A DNA stretch of 64,000 nucleotides. Source: Camelus ferus. Lineage: Eukaryota. Made by a program: the position numbers and the translations under genes. This document shows positions 24,264 through 36,950 of this stretch, in pieces (within the stretch, counting starts at the first letter, position 1; each line of letters begins with the position of its first letter). Where the stretch lies: the NCBI RefSeq assembly GCF_009834535.1, contig NC_045707.1:48238001-48302000 (forward strand), given 5' to 3'. The notes beneath the pieces were generated by a model that was not told the origin of the DNA, made no database searches, and saw only the letters and a list, made by a program, of their open reading frames with translations.

Positions 24264-26738
24264 CTGCCTTTTTTTCAGCTGTTTAAAGTATTGTGGTATT
24301 GAGTTGAGTTTTTGCAAGCATTTGTTATTGTTTCTGTTGTTATTTACAACTAACTGGGTTTGCTTGTTTGCTTGTCTTATAGTTAAGAGGTTTTTAGGAT
24401 GTTCAGAGTTGTATAACTATCACTGCTGTCTAATTTTAGACTATTTACAAAATCCCCAAAAGAAACCTCAACCCATATTCATTAGCAATCTTTCCTCATT
24501 CCTCAACTGGGGAGCTACTACTACTCAGTTTTCCGCCTCCATGGATTTGACTATTCAGGACGTTTCAAATAAATGGAATTATACAATGTGTGGTCTTTTG
24601 TGACTAGCTTCTTTCATTTATATAATGTGTTCAACATTCATTCATGTTATAGCATGTATCAGTGCTTCATTTTTTATTGCTAAGAAGTATTCTGTTGCAC
24701 GAATAGGCCACATTTTGATTACTCATCAGTTGAAGGACATTTAGGTTGTATCCACCTTTTAGTCATTATAAATGATGCTGCTTGCTGCTGTGAACATTCA
24801 TGAATAGTTTTTGTGTGGACATACATTTTAATTTCTCTCGGGTATCTATCTAGCACTAGTATAGGTAGGTCTTACGGTAACTCCATGGCTATCATTTTGA
24901 GGAACTTTCAAACTGTTTTCCAAATGTCTGCATGGTTTTACATCTTCATCAGCAATGTATAATGGTTCCAATTTCTCCCCCTCCTCATCATCCCTTATTG
25001 TTTGTCTTTTTAGCTATTCTAGTATGTGTGAAATCGTATCTCATTGTGGTTTTGATTTGCATTTTCCTGGTGATTAATGATGACGAGCATCCTTCCATGT
25101 GATTATTTACTATCTACAGCTTATTTGGAGAAATGTCTGTTCAAATCCTTTGCCCATTTTTAAAAATTGGATTATATCTCATCAGTTCATATTGCTATAA
25201 CAAAAATACCATAGGCTGGGTGGCTTATAAAAGATAAAAATTTATTTTTTCCCGTTCTGGAGGCTGGAATTCCTAGACCAAGGTATTGGCAGATTTGATG
25301 TCTGGTAGGGACTTGTTCCTTGTTCTTGAGGGCTGTCTTCTTGCTGCGCATCACATGGAGGATGGGATGAGGGAGCCCTCTGGGGTACCTTTTATGAAGG
25401 CACTAATTCTTCACCTTGCAAAGGCCCCATCCCCAAATAGCATCATGTTGAGCATTAGGATTTAACATATGAATGTAGTGGGGGGCGGCACAAATATTCA
25501 GTCTACATCAGATTGTCTTTTCATTATTGGGTTATTAAAATTCTTTATACATTCTGAATGCAAGGACTTTGTCATACGTGCTTCACAAATACTTTCTCTC
25601 ATTCTGTGTGTTTTCATATTCTGGATGGCACTCTTCTTAAGTCTGATGAAGTCCAGTTTATCTATATTCTTTTGGTGCCTGTGCTTTTCATGTCATATCT
25701 AAGAAACCAATGCCTGACCTAAGATCACAGAGATTTACTCCTATGTTTTCTTCTAATTTAATATTTTAAACTCTTCTATTTAGACCTATGATCCATTTTG
25801 AGTTAACTTTTTTATATGGTTGAAGGTAAGAATCCAAACTGTGAGCATCCAGTTTTCTCAGCACTATTTGTTGAAAAAACTGTCCCTTGCCCATAGAATT
25901 TTCTTGGCACCCTTGCTGCAAATTAATTGGCCATAAACATTAAGGCTTGTATTCAGGTACAAAGTCGAACTCACTTATTAGTACTAATAGTTTTTGATGG
26001 ATTTATTTGGATTTTCTACGTACAAGAGCATGTCACTTGCAAATAGAAATAGTTTCACTTCTTCCGTAAGGTCAGTTGGAGGTGAGTGACTGGTACTTTC
26101 TTCTTTCCTATGTATTTCTTGGCTATGCACACAGATTCGTGCCTGCACATGGCCTTTTAGATCCTCAGAAATGTGTCAGAGCTTTTCAAACTTCTCTGTG
26201 GTCATCTAATTCTGTAGTAATGCCTTTAAAATTCCTGGTGAGGTCCTTGTTTTCTATACCTGAAATCACAACCATAAGCAGTTGCTTCTAGAAGTAGAGA
26301 AGTGCCCCAAAAGTAAGCCTCAGCTAAGCTGACCTCTGAGTCAAATCAAAGGGCCAATGTATTCTGGGAATAGAGATTTTCTAGGGGACTGCAATTTTGA
26401 ACAGAATATTGACCACCCCCCCCCCTTTTTTTAGATGATGGTTTTATTGGATTCCACAAGAAGTCAGATTTCTCCATTATCAACAATGTTGTCAACTTTT
26501 GCCTAGGCTACTACTGAGCCGGTGAGTGAACAGGGATGGCAATAGCCCTAAGTTAGAATGTCAGATAACCCATTGTCTCACTGAGGTTTAATAATATTTT
26601 TTTCTATAGATTTTTAGTTTCCTCTTCAGTTAACCCTCTTTCAGGGTTATAAAATAGTTGATGTTAGATGTTTTGCCTATATTTTCATTGTTTTAGAAAG
26701 AGAGCAAGTTCATTAAGGTCTTCACCATTCCAGAAGTC
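24264..26738 (-). mobile_element. Old L1 (L1MB/MC/MD-like) with internal deletions, interrupted by an MLT1A LTR
   Basis: 3' UTR and ORF2 end at ~24380-25960; RT core on the minus strand at ~26010-26065 reads EEVKLFLFASDMLLYVENP (L1 FADD motif); 26066-26738 resembles an L1M 5' end (ggacttctggaatggtg...aacatcaactatttt). Confidence 0.75.
25175..25510 (-). mobile_element. MaLR solo LTR, MLT1A-like, nested in L1
   Basis: ttgctataacaaaaataccataggctgggtggcttataa...cacaaatattcagtctacatca; TSD gatta (25170-25174) / gattg (25511-25515); L1 resumes on both sides. Confidence 0.9.
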
Positions 26739-28206
26739 CATCTCCCTGAGAAGACTTTAAATAAATGAAAACCAGGTACTATATATAAAAATCAACACAT
26801 TAAAGATTTTGTTTGATTCATAATGAGAGAAACAGTCAGATGTTATAACTGATCCAAAAGAGAATCCATGAATAGATAAATTTGTAGATTACAGATATTG
26901 AAATGAATTTATAAATGGAGATGAAACTGATTTTTCTGAAGAGTGAGAATGGCTATGGCTGCCCCTCCACTGGTCAGAATTCATTTGCATATGCATAGAG
27001 AAAAATTATTTTGTGTTGCTATCAGCTACCTATAACTCATAAAGTTGTAATATAGTGCCCATTTAATTAAAATCTGATAAGGATGAAGAAATGTATAGAA
27101 AGATTACACATTATAGAAATGTATAGTTTCTGATTGAAACACAAATTCTTCCCTACAGAATTGGTAAGAAGACTTTGGGAAAAAATAAACCTTATTTTGT
27201 TGAAAAACAGAAAATGGTAGAAAAGAAAGTCTTCAAAGATTTTTTTTTTATTTGACCAAGACTGAACTCCACCATAGATCAGAGTAGCATGAAACTCTAG
27301 ATATAAGAAAAGAATCATAGCACTTCATATCTTCATATTTTATCTCCCCAATCACCATGTTGTAATTACCAAGGCCATTCCTTTTGGGGGACTCTCTCTG
27401 TTTTAAATTCGTCAAAGTTAAGGTGCTAGATAACTTTACATTTAGGGGTTGGAAAACCATTGCTGACTTGACTTTGTGAAGTGAGTATACCTATAAAAGC
27501 AACGTCAGGTGTAGAGAGAATGCTAGTGTTAAGATGGCTTCTATGTTGCCTAAAATGGCTTCCTAAGTAATCAATCAGCATTCCAAGCCTTGTTTGACAC
27601 AACACTTCATGTCTTTAATTACAAAGCAGAAATCTCGTTTTTACTTTAACTTCTTAAATCCTGGTGGAGAATAGTCTGTGATTTAAAATTGTAATGATGA
27701 TGTTGATAAAACAAGTGTACATATGGGCATAACTGTCATTCAAATTAAATACTGTCCTGCCAGACTTTAGTTTATCCTGGTTGTAGACATTCAAGACACA
27801 TTTGTTGTTTGAGGCATTATTCCACACACACACAAAATTCTTAGCAACCTCAATTCCTATTGTCAAATATGAAATGACATGTTAAATAATGAGAAAAAAA
27901 CCTTGTCAAATGTATTTCCTCTAACAGTTGGAATCAGTAACCTTAATAGAGTGTATACTCTTTTTACAGCCTCACCATTTTCTGAAAATAGAAGAGCATA
28001 TTGGGTAATGTTTGAGTTTTTGGTACATAATTCCAAACTTTACCTGGTGGAAACTCACATCCACTGTTAGATATGCCTCTTGAATTTTAAACAAATCAGA
28101 AAAGAGTTTCAACTTTTGTATCAGAGGATTGAGCTTGAAATATAAGCAAATCAATATTATTTAAGAAACCATTCTCAAAATTGAGAAATTTCACCCTAAA
28201 AGTGGT

Positions 28207-28703
28207 TGTGATAGGCTGAGTAATGGTGCCCCAAAGATATTAAATCCTAATCCCTGGAACCCGCAAGTGATCCTTCATATGGAAACAGGGTGTTTGTAAA
28301 TGTGATTGGATCTTGACATGGGGAGATTATCCTGGAACATAAGGGTTGGCTCTAGATGCTATTACTTGTATCCTTATAAGAGGGCAGCAGCAGAAGCATG
28401 CACAATACACAACAAAGGAGAAGATGAAGTGAAGACAGAGAAGAGAGATTTGAAAATACTGGCCTTGACATTGGAGTGATGTAGCCACAAGCCAAGGAAT
28501 GCCACCAGCCACCCAAAGCTACAAGAGGCAAGGAATGAATTCTCCTTTAGAGCTTCCAAAGGGAGTGCAGCTTCAAAGCCTAGATTTCAGCCCAGTGTTA
28601 GTGAGTTCAGACTTCTGGCCTCCAGATTTGTGAAACAAAATTTTGCTGTTTTAAGCCACAAGTTTATGGTAATTTGTTACAGCAGCCTCAGTTAACTAGT
28701 ACA
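28207..28703 (+). mobile_element. MaLR solo LTR, MLT1C/D-like
   Basis: tgtgataggctgagtaatggtgccccaaaga...gccacaagccaaggaatgcc...gttttaagccac...tttgttacagcagcc...aactagtaca; TSD gtggt (28202-28206) / atggt (28704-28708). Confidence 0.92.
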
Positions 28704-28870
28704 ATGGTGATGAAATATACTTATCAAATCCTTCAAATGGTTTTGGTGTTTGCTGAGATTAGCAGCTGTGTCTTTCATTCTAAATCTCCTGGGATTATCA
28801 TACACATTTCTCCAGTTAGAGTCACCCACTGCCTTCTGTCGGAGCCCTCTGCATAAAGTTTTATACTAGC

Positions 28871-29330
28871 ATGTATCATCTTATTCCAGTTTGTAAAAAC
28901 CACCTCCATTTTTAGCATAAAACCCTACATTTTATTATGCTCATGAATTCTGTGGGACAGGAATTGGTCGGGGTGCAAAAAGATGGCTTGGTCTGTTCCA
29001 CAATCCCTGGGGCCTCACTGGGAAGACTGAAATGTCTGAGGAGCTGGTATCATATGGAAATTTGTCTCAGTCACATGACTTGGGCTAAAATGACAAAAAA
29101 GTTGGGCTTACTTTGCATGGTTGACTATAGCCCTTACATGTATCCTCTTAGGTTTCTCACAGCATGGTGACTAGGTTCCAAGAGGGAGCATCTAAGCCAC
29201 ATGTAAATGTTTCCATCACACCATATGGGCTTATGAACTCTGCCTCTTTATGGGCTGTAACAAGGTGCTATTGCCAAACAGCTTGTGAGGTGGCAGATAC
29301 TTTGTGGTTATCTATTGAAAATATAATTGT
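28871..29330 (-). mobile_element. MaLR LTR (MLT1G/H-like)
   Basis: ttttattatgctcatgaattctgtgggacaggaatt...tggggcctcactgggaagact...tctcacagcatggtgactaggttccaagagggagc. Confidence 0.7.
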
Positions 29331-29844
29331 CCATATTCATTGCAATGTAGTTACTTTTCTACCTGCCTGTCACTGTCATCTGGTCTGAAACTCAAATTTC
29401 AGGATGCTGATTTAGGTCTCTTTAGATCCCAAATTCCAAGAACCCAGCAAATGCTTGAATTGAAGCCATAAATGTTGGAAAGATGAAAAGAAGAAATGTG
29501 AGAAGAAAAAGGAACTTAAAGTTGACTAATCACATCAGCTTTATAATGTGTAAGGATTTCTTCTTGACATAAAAACAGCTTGGTGTGTAGATCCATTTTT
29601 TCATAACCTACTTTTCCTTGCTTTCACTTCCTTTTTCATTCAGCCAAGACCGTAATACTCTTCATTTCAATGGCTCTGTGCCATTGCCCTCAATTACCAT
29701 TTCACTTTCAGCTTTATCCTGGCACAACTCGGCCCCTGGCTGACCTAACCATTCACCTCTCAGCACTCTATTGAATTGTTGATCACTGACAGATAGAATT
29801 CACACAGGCTTCAGAATGGTGCTGCAAGTTCACAGATGATACTT

Positions 29845-30135
29845 GTATTAGTTTGGACAGGTCTGTAGATTGACCAGGCTTGGCTCCTGGCTATGATTCT
29901 TCTCCAGTTTCTCCTCCTAAGGCCCAAGCTGAAGGAGCATCAACTACTTGAGGCATGCTCTTCTCATGATGGGGTTTAGAAACTCCCAGAGACAACATGA
30001 GTAGAAATTTGTATTGCTTTTATTACTTAGGATCAGATCTGACACACTGTCCCTTCTGCCTACACTCCATCACCCAAAGCCAGTCCCCAGGCTAAGCCAA
30101 ACAGTAGGAAGCAGAGAAGTACATTCCTCACATAC
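29845..30135 (-). mobile_element. Old MaLR LTR fragment (MLT1J/K/L-like)
   Basis: ggcatgctcttctcatgatgg...gacacactgtcccttctgcctacactccatcacccaaagccagtc. Confidence 0.55.
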
Positions 30136-30919
30136 ACAGAGACAGTGATATACTATACTATATTCCAACATTTCACTAGAGCCTTTTGCCTGTCCCTTAT
30201 CCTTTCTATGTATCTCCAATTAGTGCTTCCTATAGTTTTTCCCCGAAGTCATTTATAGTTTCCTTCAAGATTTCATTCTTCCTATTAAACTACCTTATTC
30301 TGAGCAAAAGAGTAAATGTCCAACCTCAAAAAGAAATCAGGGCTCTTTCAGCAGGGACTTTCTTAATTTGCAGTGGGTCCTTTATAACAGTCACTGCCCT
30401 GCATGCTTCCCGCCCATCTTGGTGGAAATCATATCCGTTGTTCAGTTCAACGATAGTCCTTCCGCCTCTTTTCTGGAGCCCTTTCTCTCTGATATTCTTT
30501 GGGCTTGACACCATTAATTACATCCTTTTATCTTACAACTTTAAATAATTCTTCTCTTTTTGTTAGTAGGATAAATAAAAAACAGTATAAACTATGAAGG
30601 CTCTCCAAAATTCAGCCATATTTTTACTATATGAAAATATGGAAATATTATTTGATACAGCAAAAATATGAAAATAATTCAGAATGGAATGAAACAGTAG
30701 ATTAATTAAATGAACCAACTGGTGTGGACACCCATGTGTGAGGACTTAAACAGGGGACGTGAATTCTTTAAATTTTATTTTCTGTGGAAATTATAAGAAG
30801 AGACTCAAAACAGCTGTTATGATAGTTAAAGAGTTTTTGTGGATGCCTTCATCCCTAGCCCTCAAGGCAACTGAAATCTCTGGTTGCTAAGCCAATTCAG
30901 TGGGCTAAGATGAGGAATT

Positions 30920-31563
30920 AGTTTTGTATTGATGAGTAACTAATCATCATTGTAAACTTGTGGGCTCAAAACAACATAGATTTATTATCTTAGTTTCTGT
31001 AAGTCAGGAATCTGAGTATGGGTTGACTGAGTCCTCGTCTCAGGGTTTTAGAAAACTTGGGTTAGGACTTTGATCTCATCTGAGACTTGGGATCAGCTTC
31101 ATAGCTTACAGTGATTGTTGGCAGAGTTCAATTCCTTGTAGCTTAAGACTGAAGTCCCTGTTTTCTCTCTGGCTATGGTTTGGGGACTGCTTTCAGTCAC
31201 CAAAGGCTGCCCTCAGGCCTTTGCCACATAGGCAGCCCACAACATAGTTGTTTGCTTCTTGATGGCCTTTGGAGAATCTACCTTGCTGTGAATCTCTAAT
31301 TTAAGGAAAGCCTAGATTTCTCTATTTTAAATAATTCACCTGGTTAGTTCAGACCCACTTAGGCAAAATTCTCTTTTGATTATCTCAGTTTGGTACCTCA
31401 ATTATATCTACAGACTTCCTTTTCATTTGCCATATTATATAGAGTAATCACAAGAGTGAAATCTTATAGTCATAAGTCTCATCCACACTCAAGGGGAGAA
31501 GTTATAGGTTACATACCTCAGGGAGAAATTTGGAGGGCCAACTTAAAATTATTCCCATCACAG
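30920..31563 (-). mobile_element. MaLR solo LTR (MLT1E/F-like)
   Basis: gggctcaaaacaacatagatttattatcttagtttctgtaagtcaggaatctg...tgttggcagagttcaattccttgtagct...cacactcaaggggag...cccatcaca. Confidence 0.8.
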
Positions 31564-31859
31564 ATTGTAACCTCCAAGTTACCTTTCAAATGCAACTCAG
31601 AAATTTTAAGGCTGACATAATTGTTTATTTAATGAGTATTTATCTTTAATTCTGGTAGAGGCAAAGTAAATACAAGCTTTGCATTTGTTTTTGTTTTTTG
31701 TGCTTAATAATTTGTATTTTGTTGTTGTTGTTGTTAAAAAAAGATCTAGGTTTCTTTTATTACCTGTTATTCTGGGAAATTCCTTTGCCTCTCCTGTGCT
31801 GGATCTCTTTTTCATGGCTTATATCTTCATTCCTTTTGGGTTTTTCCCCCTTTATTTTG

Positions 31860-33000
31860 TTTTGTACATTTTCCAATAGCCTCCTAAAAGTGGGTTAAGG
31901 AAAGATAAGCATTTTGAATCCACGTTCATTTGAAAAATATGTATCCTATTTGTATACCTCACATTGTTTTGGTAGATATAAAATTCCAGGTTGAAATATT
32001 TTTTTTCTTGGAATTTTGAAGGCATTGCTCCATTCTTTTAAAGATTCCAATGTGGCTATTAAGTTCCGTGTTATTCTGATTTTATTTGTTAGTTTGTGAC
32101 ATGTTTTAATCTCTCTAGAAGTTTGTCCTTAGTTTTCTAAATTTTCACAGTGACCTACTTCGGTGGAAGTCTTAAAAATTCATTGTTTTTAATTTAATTT
32201 AAAAATTCTGACTAGCTGGTGGATACTTTGAACTGGGATATTATGTATTTCTTATCTGGAAAGTGTTCAGTGTTATTTCTTTGATAATTTCTTTACATTT
32301 TCCCCTGTTGTCTGTTTATAGAGCTCTACTAAATCAATTGTTAGGCTTCCTAGATTAAGCCTGTGATTATCTTTTCCTCTTATTATTATATTTTGTCTTT
32401 TCATTTGTTTCTTGACTTTGTATCCAATTATTCAATAACAATTTTAATTTTAGCTATCTTATTTAATTTCCAAAAAATTTTCCTGTTTGCTAAATTTTCC
32501 TCTGTATAGTTTCATGTTTTGCTTTAAGGACACAGTATGTCCGTTTATCACTTTGAAAATGTTAACAGTAATATTTAAAAAATATCTTCTTCTCTTTTAT
32601 GTCACAGATTCTATCTTTCATGTTGTAGATTCTCTTCAAATCCTTGTTGACCTTTACATGGTGGAAATAAACATTTTTTGTATTTTGGCAGGGCTTGTTG
32701 ACCATTGGACTTACTCTAGTTGAACATGTGAGAATTAGGCCATTTCATTGTATAATCCTCAAATCTCAGTACCTATAGGTCTTTTCTTGGGAGCTATATA
32801 ATTTCTCAATGGATATATACATATGATAATATATGTATTATCATAATATGAAATAATATATATATATATATAGGCTAATATATTCTGGATGTTGACCTGG
32901 TGAAGGCAGCTGATGGCCCCAAGATTAATATGTAGATGTGTTAATTTCCCCTTGGTTCAGCCTGAATCCTTAAACCTGATTTCTACCATGGTTTTTGCCC
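31860..33000 (-). mobile_element. Old L1 (L1ME-like) fragment
   Basis: gatataaaattccaggttgaaat...gaattttgaaggcattgctccatt...ttatttctttgataatttc, typical of reverse L1M ORF1/inter-ORF sequence. Confidence 0.65.
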
Positions 33001-33587
33001 TTCAACCCTTTATCTCCTAAAAGATTCCTTTCTCTCTTACTGCTTTTCTGCCACTTATATTCTGATAACTTCCAATCTATTCTGATGTGTATCTGAATGC
33101 CAACTAGACATAGTCATATGAATCTCCCACAAGGACTTCATTCAACAGCCTCTGTCTTCACTTTGGCATCTGTGATATTTTACTATGTCTGAATACTCTA
33201 GCTCTGTTTTCTTCTTCTTCTTCTTTTTCTTTTATTATTCCTGAAATTTAGAGGCTCTCCAAAGTTATATCCTTGGCCCTCTCTTACTACACTCTGTTAA
33301 TGGCCTCGTCCCTCCTCTGTCTTCCCCTGTTGCTTGTATGCCGTGTGCTTCCTTCTGTTGCCTGGATGCTGTCAGCCAGAGAAAGAGGCCATAAAAAGTT
33401 GAGAATATAGATCTGAAATTTAGGAGATAGGTGGAAGCTGTAAGCACACACAAAATAAAAAACATTAGCTATCCTTTCACTTGACAAACTCCTGCACATT
33501 CATGTAGATCCAGCTCTAATAATACTAGTAAAATGATAATAATAAATAATCAGTTTCTCTACATATAAAGCACTGTTCTGAGTATTT

Positions 33588-33973
33588 CACTCTTTAATTT
33601 TGTATTAAAATGTGTTATTTTATTTTTATTTAATTTTAATCCTAAGATATAATTGACATATAGCACTGTATGAGTTTAAGATATCGAGCATAATGACTTG
33701 ATTTACATATTATGAAATGATTACCACAATAAATTTAATTAACATCCACCATCTCATATAGATACAAGAAAAAAAAAAAAAAAGAAAAAATGTTTTTCCT
33801 TGGAATGAGAACTCTTAGGATCTACTTTCTTAACAACTTTCCCATATTTCATACAGTGTTAAATATAGCCATATTGTACATTATATCCCAGGGACTTATT
33901 TATTTTATAACTGGAAGTTTGTAGCTTTTTACCAGCTTCATTCAGTTCTCCCTACTCCTGCCCTCCACTTCTG
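33588..33973 (-). mobile_element. 5'-truncated L1 3' UTR insertion with perfect 14-bp TSD
   Basis: gatataattgacatatagcactgtatgagtttaag...gagaactcttaggatctactttcttaacaactttc...ttttataactggaagtttgt; TSD tgttctgagtattt at 33574-33587 and 33974-33987. Confidence 0.92.
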
Positions 33974-34024
33974 TGTTCTGAGTATTTTCAACTCATTTTA
34001 TCCAACCCCAAACCTGGTGCTATC

Positions 34025-34192
34025 ATTGTGGTTACTTGTATGCATATATTTACCTTCCCTAGTAGACTTTAGACTCTTTTAAGAAGAGAGACATTATATC
34101 ATTTGTATTTTTTTTCTCCTAGAAGATTTTCTGGTACTTCCTGCATTAAGTATGTGATAAACACATATTTGTTGAATGGCTAAATGAATAAA
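34025..34192 (+). mobile_element. L2 3' end
   Basis: ccctagtagactttagactc...catatttgttgaatggctaaatgaataaa (L2 tail repeat). Confidence 0.7.
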
Positions 34193-36074
34193 GAAAAGAA
34201 TGCCACAGTAAAAAAAAAGAAAACTATTAATTTACTTAAAAATCGTTCTTTTTCATGTAAATTGTGAATACTCTGAAGATAGGATTTGTTTGATTATTTG
34301 TTTCTCTCAAAGTGTTAAGTACATGGCAGATACTCAACAAGTACCTCTTGGTTGATTGGTTAAAATCTGTATTTTACCTAGAGAGTGAAAGCTAAGGGAT
34401 GTATCCTCTAACTCAAAGTCAGAATTCACTGAGTACCTATTGTCTACCTTCACATATACTGTGTGTCAGGAATTTGATTCTTTGGATGTGGTTTAAGGAA
34501 CGATTGCAGGATATATTGCTCCATTGCCAAAACTCCATTTGCCGCTATGACTAACTACTTATGCTCCAATCTGTTTCTCTTCTGTCCCAGTCGTCTACCA
34601 CTCTGGCACCATTGTGCAATATTCTTTGCTTTTACTGAAGACAACTTGTTATATACATTATAGGTGCCTTGAAACAAGTTGCACATTAATAGCCGATATC
34701 TTCAAGGGAAATATATACTATACCCAATTTGTGAAAATTATTTCATTTATAAAAAGGCTAATTTCTATTTATGAAAAAATCATGAAAGTCTACATTGGTT
34801 AAAATGGAGTAATACGATATTCAACTAAATAATACAGATTGACCTATTTTTATTTGGCTGTTATAAAATCATACAATAAAAGATATAAGAAATCTAAGGA
34901 TTATTTATTGTTCAAATTGACCTAAAGTAAATTTGTGAGGAGATATTATTTGCAACTGAAATATCTTTTTTTTTTTCTGAAAAGCAACCAAACAATTATA
35001 TGCTGATTAGCACACAGCAAAAGACATTTGGAATGAATTTCAAAAACAAATCTAACTCTAATTTTTGCCAAAATTAATAGCAAATTGTCATCACAAAAAG
35101 GAAAAGCTCTTAATTTGAGAAGATAGTAATTGAGTTTTGACTTCATTAATTTCTACAGTTTCCTCCAGTGTGGCCATATAATCACTCAGGATATGAATAT
35201 GTCATCATTTTACCTGAAGAAATGCCCCAGGCCCTCAAGCAAGGTAGCATCCCTAGAATTTGGACTAGAGACAACTTGTATTACGTGATCCTGTGATTCT
35301 GGCTTTTAAATTATCTTCTCAACTTCCTGCTCTCCCCTTTCTGATACCCAGTAAGAGAACGTTCTTTTGATACTGGATACCCAAAGGGAAAAAAGAAATG
35401 CAACATGTAAGACCATCTCCTACAGCCTTTTGGACACAATGAGGGATGACTGATGTTTCCATGATGGAGTACATGAGACGAACTGTAGATGCTTCCTGAC
35501 ACTCCTAAGTCTGACAATGCCCATAGAGCAGTGATTTGTAGCTTCCTTAGGAGTTTTTAGACTACTTGAATTCTTTTATAAATTATATCTTTTAGAAATC
35601 AAATAAATCCCTGTATAACAGGGAAAGAAGAAAATTATCTTTTTGCACAGTCTCTAATGTTGATCTGTATACTTCAGTTCCCAAATAAGCATAGATATAT
35701 TTGAAGACATATAAAAAATGTCTACACCCACCCAAGAACAGATATCAGCTCTAACATAATTCAATTCCATAATTCACGTAAATTTCCAACAAGTTGGAAC
35801 TAATTTCCATATATGAATTAGAAGATCAGTATCATTCAGAAACCACTCCTTGCCTTTTCACTTTAACTCTGGAGGTGGTAAAACTATAAAAATACAGCAG
35901 AGGCAAACACATCAGCCCTACAGGTCAAATGATATGGACAGAATGCCGATAAATTTATTATTTATAAAAAGCTAATATTCCAAACACTAAATTAGAAAGT
36001 GTTTGGCTAGAAATACTTTCTTACCCAGAATCAATTACTCATTGTTAGGCTGCTTAATAGAGTTGTCTAACCAA

Positions 36075-36950
36075 CCCATGGGAAAGCCATTAGACAATGA
36101 GCATGTGAAGAGATAGCTAATTTAATTAGTAATCAGATTACTATAAATCATGACTTCAAGCAACTGCCATTTTATATCCGTCTGACTGAAACGGTGAAAA
36201 GTTTGACAGTAACAGTTGTTGGAGAGATGTAGATTAATAATGTAACATACGTGGTTGGTGAGAGAATAAAATAGTAAAACCACTTTGGAAAGCAGTTTGG
36301 CATGTCTTGTGAAAATGAACATTCACATATCCTGTGACCCATCAGTCCTTTCCTAGATAAAAATTCAAGTGACACTTGTTTATGTGTATGAGGAGACATG
36401 TATAAAAATGTTCTTAGTAGCACTGTTTATAACGACAAAATAGGAAAGTAAGTAAAAAAATCTGTGTAAAATGTAAATAACCATCAAGAATAGAATGACT
36501 AAAAAGGATCATTCAAGAATGTGATATTACATAGTAGTGAAAATGAATGAATCGCAACTATACACAACATGGAAGAAGTGTATGCATTGTTGAGTGACAA
36601 GAAAATCTCAGAGGTTATATATAGCATAATAGCTTTTTTTTTTAATGTAGGAAAAAAAAAGATAAATATAAAAAAATTGCTTAAGCTTAACCAAGTGGTA
36701 TTTGTAATAAAACAAAATTTTAAAAACAAAGGTATAATCACCAAAGTGAGCCTCATTAACATGTCAATTTTACCTCAAAAAAAAAAAACCTAGCAACAAT
36801 AAGGGAATAAAAGTACCAAAGGCAGTATGATGGATAACTTAGGTTGGAACCATAGGCAGGAGGACAGGATGGGGAGGAGTCTAGAGTTACATGTAAACAA
36901 TTGGATGTTGGGTTCACAGATACTTATTAGTTATTGAAATGAATGAATCA
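36075..36950 (+). mobile_element. Old L1 (L1ME-like) ORF2 end and 3' UTR
   Basis: aaccactttggaaagcagtttggca...atatcctgtgacccatcagtcctttcctagat...aatgttcttagtagcactgtttataa. Confidence 0.75.

Noticed and set aside
23548..24603. Three ORFs of 114-164 aa on the + strand
   Set aside because: They are Leu/Phe/Ser/Cys-rich translations of pyrimidine-rich DNA and antisense L1 sequence, with no recognisable protein.
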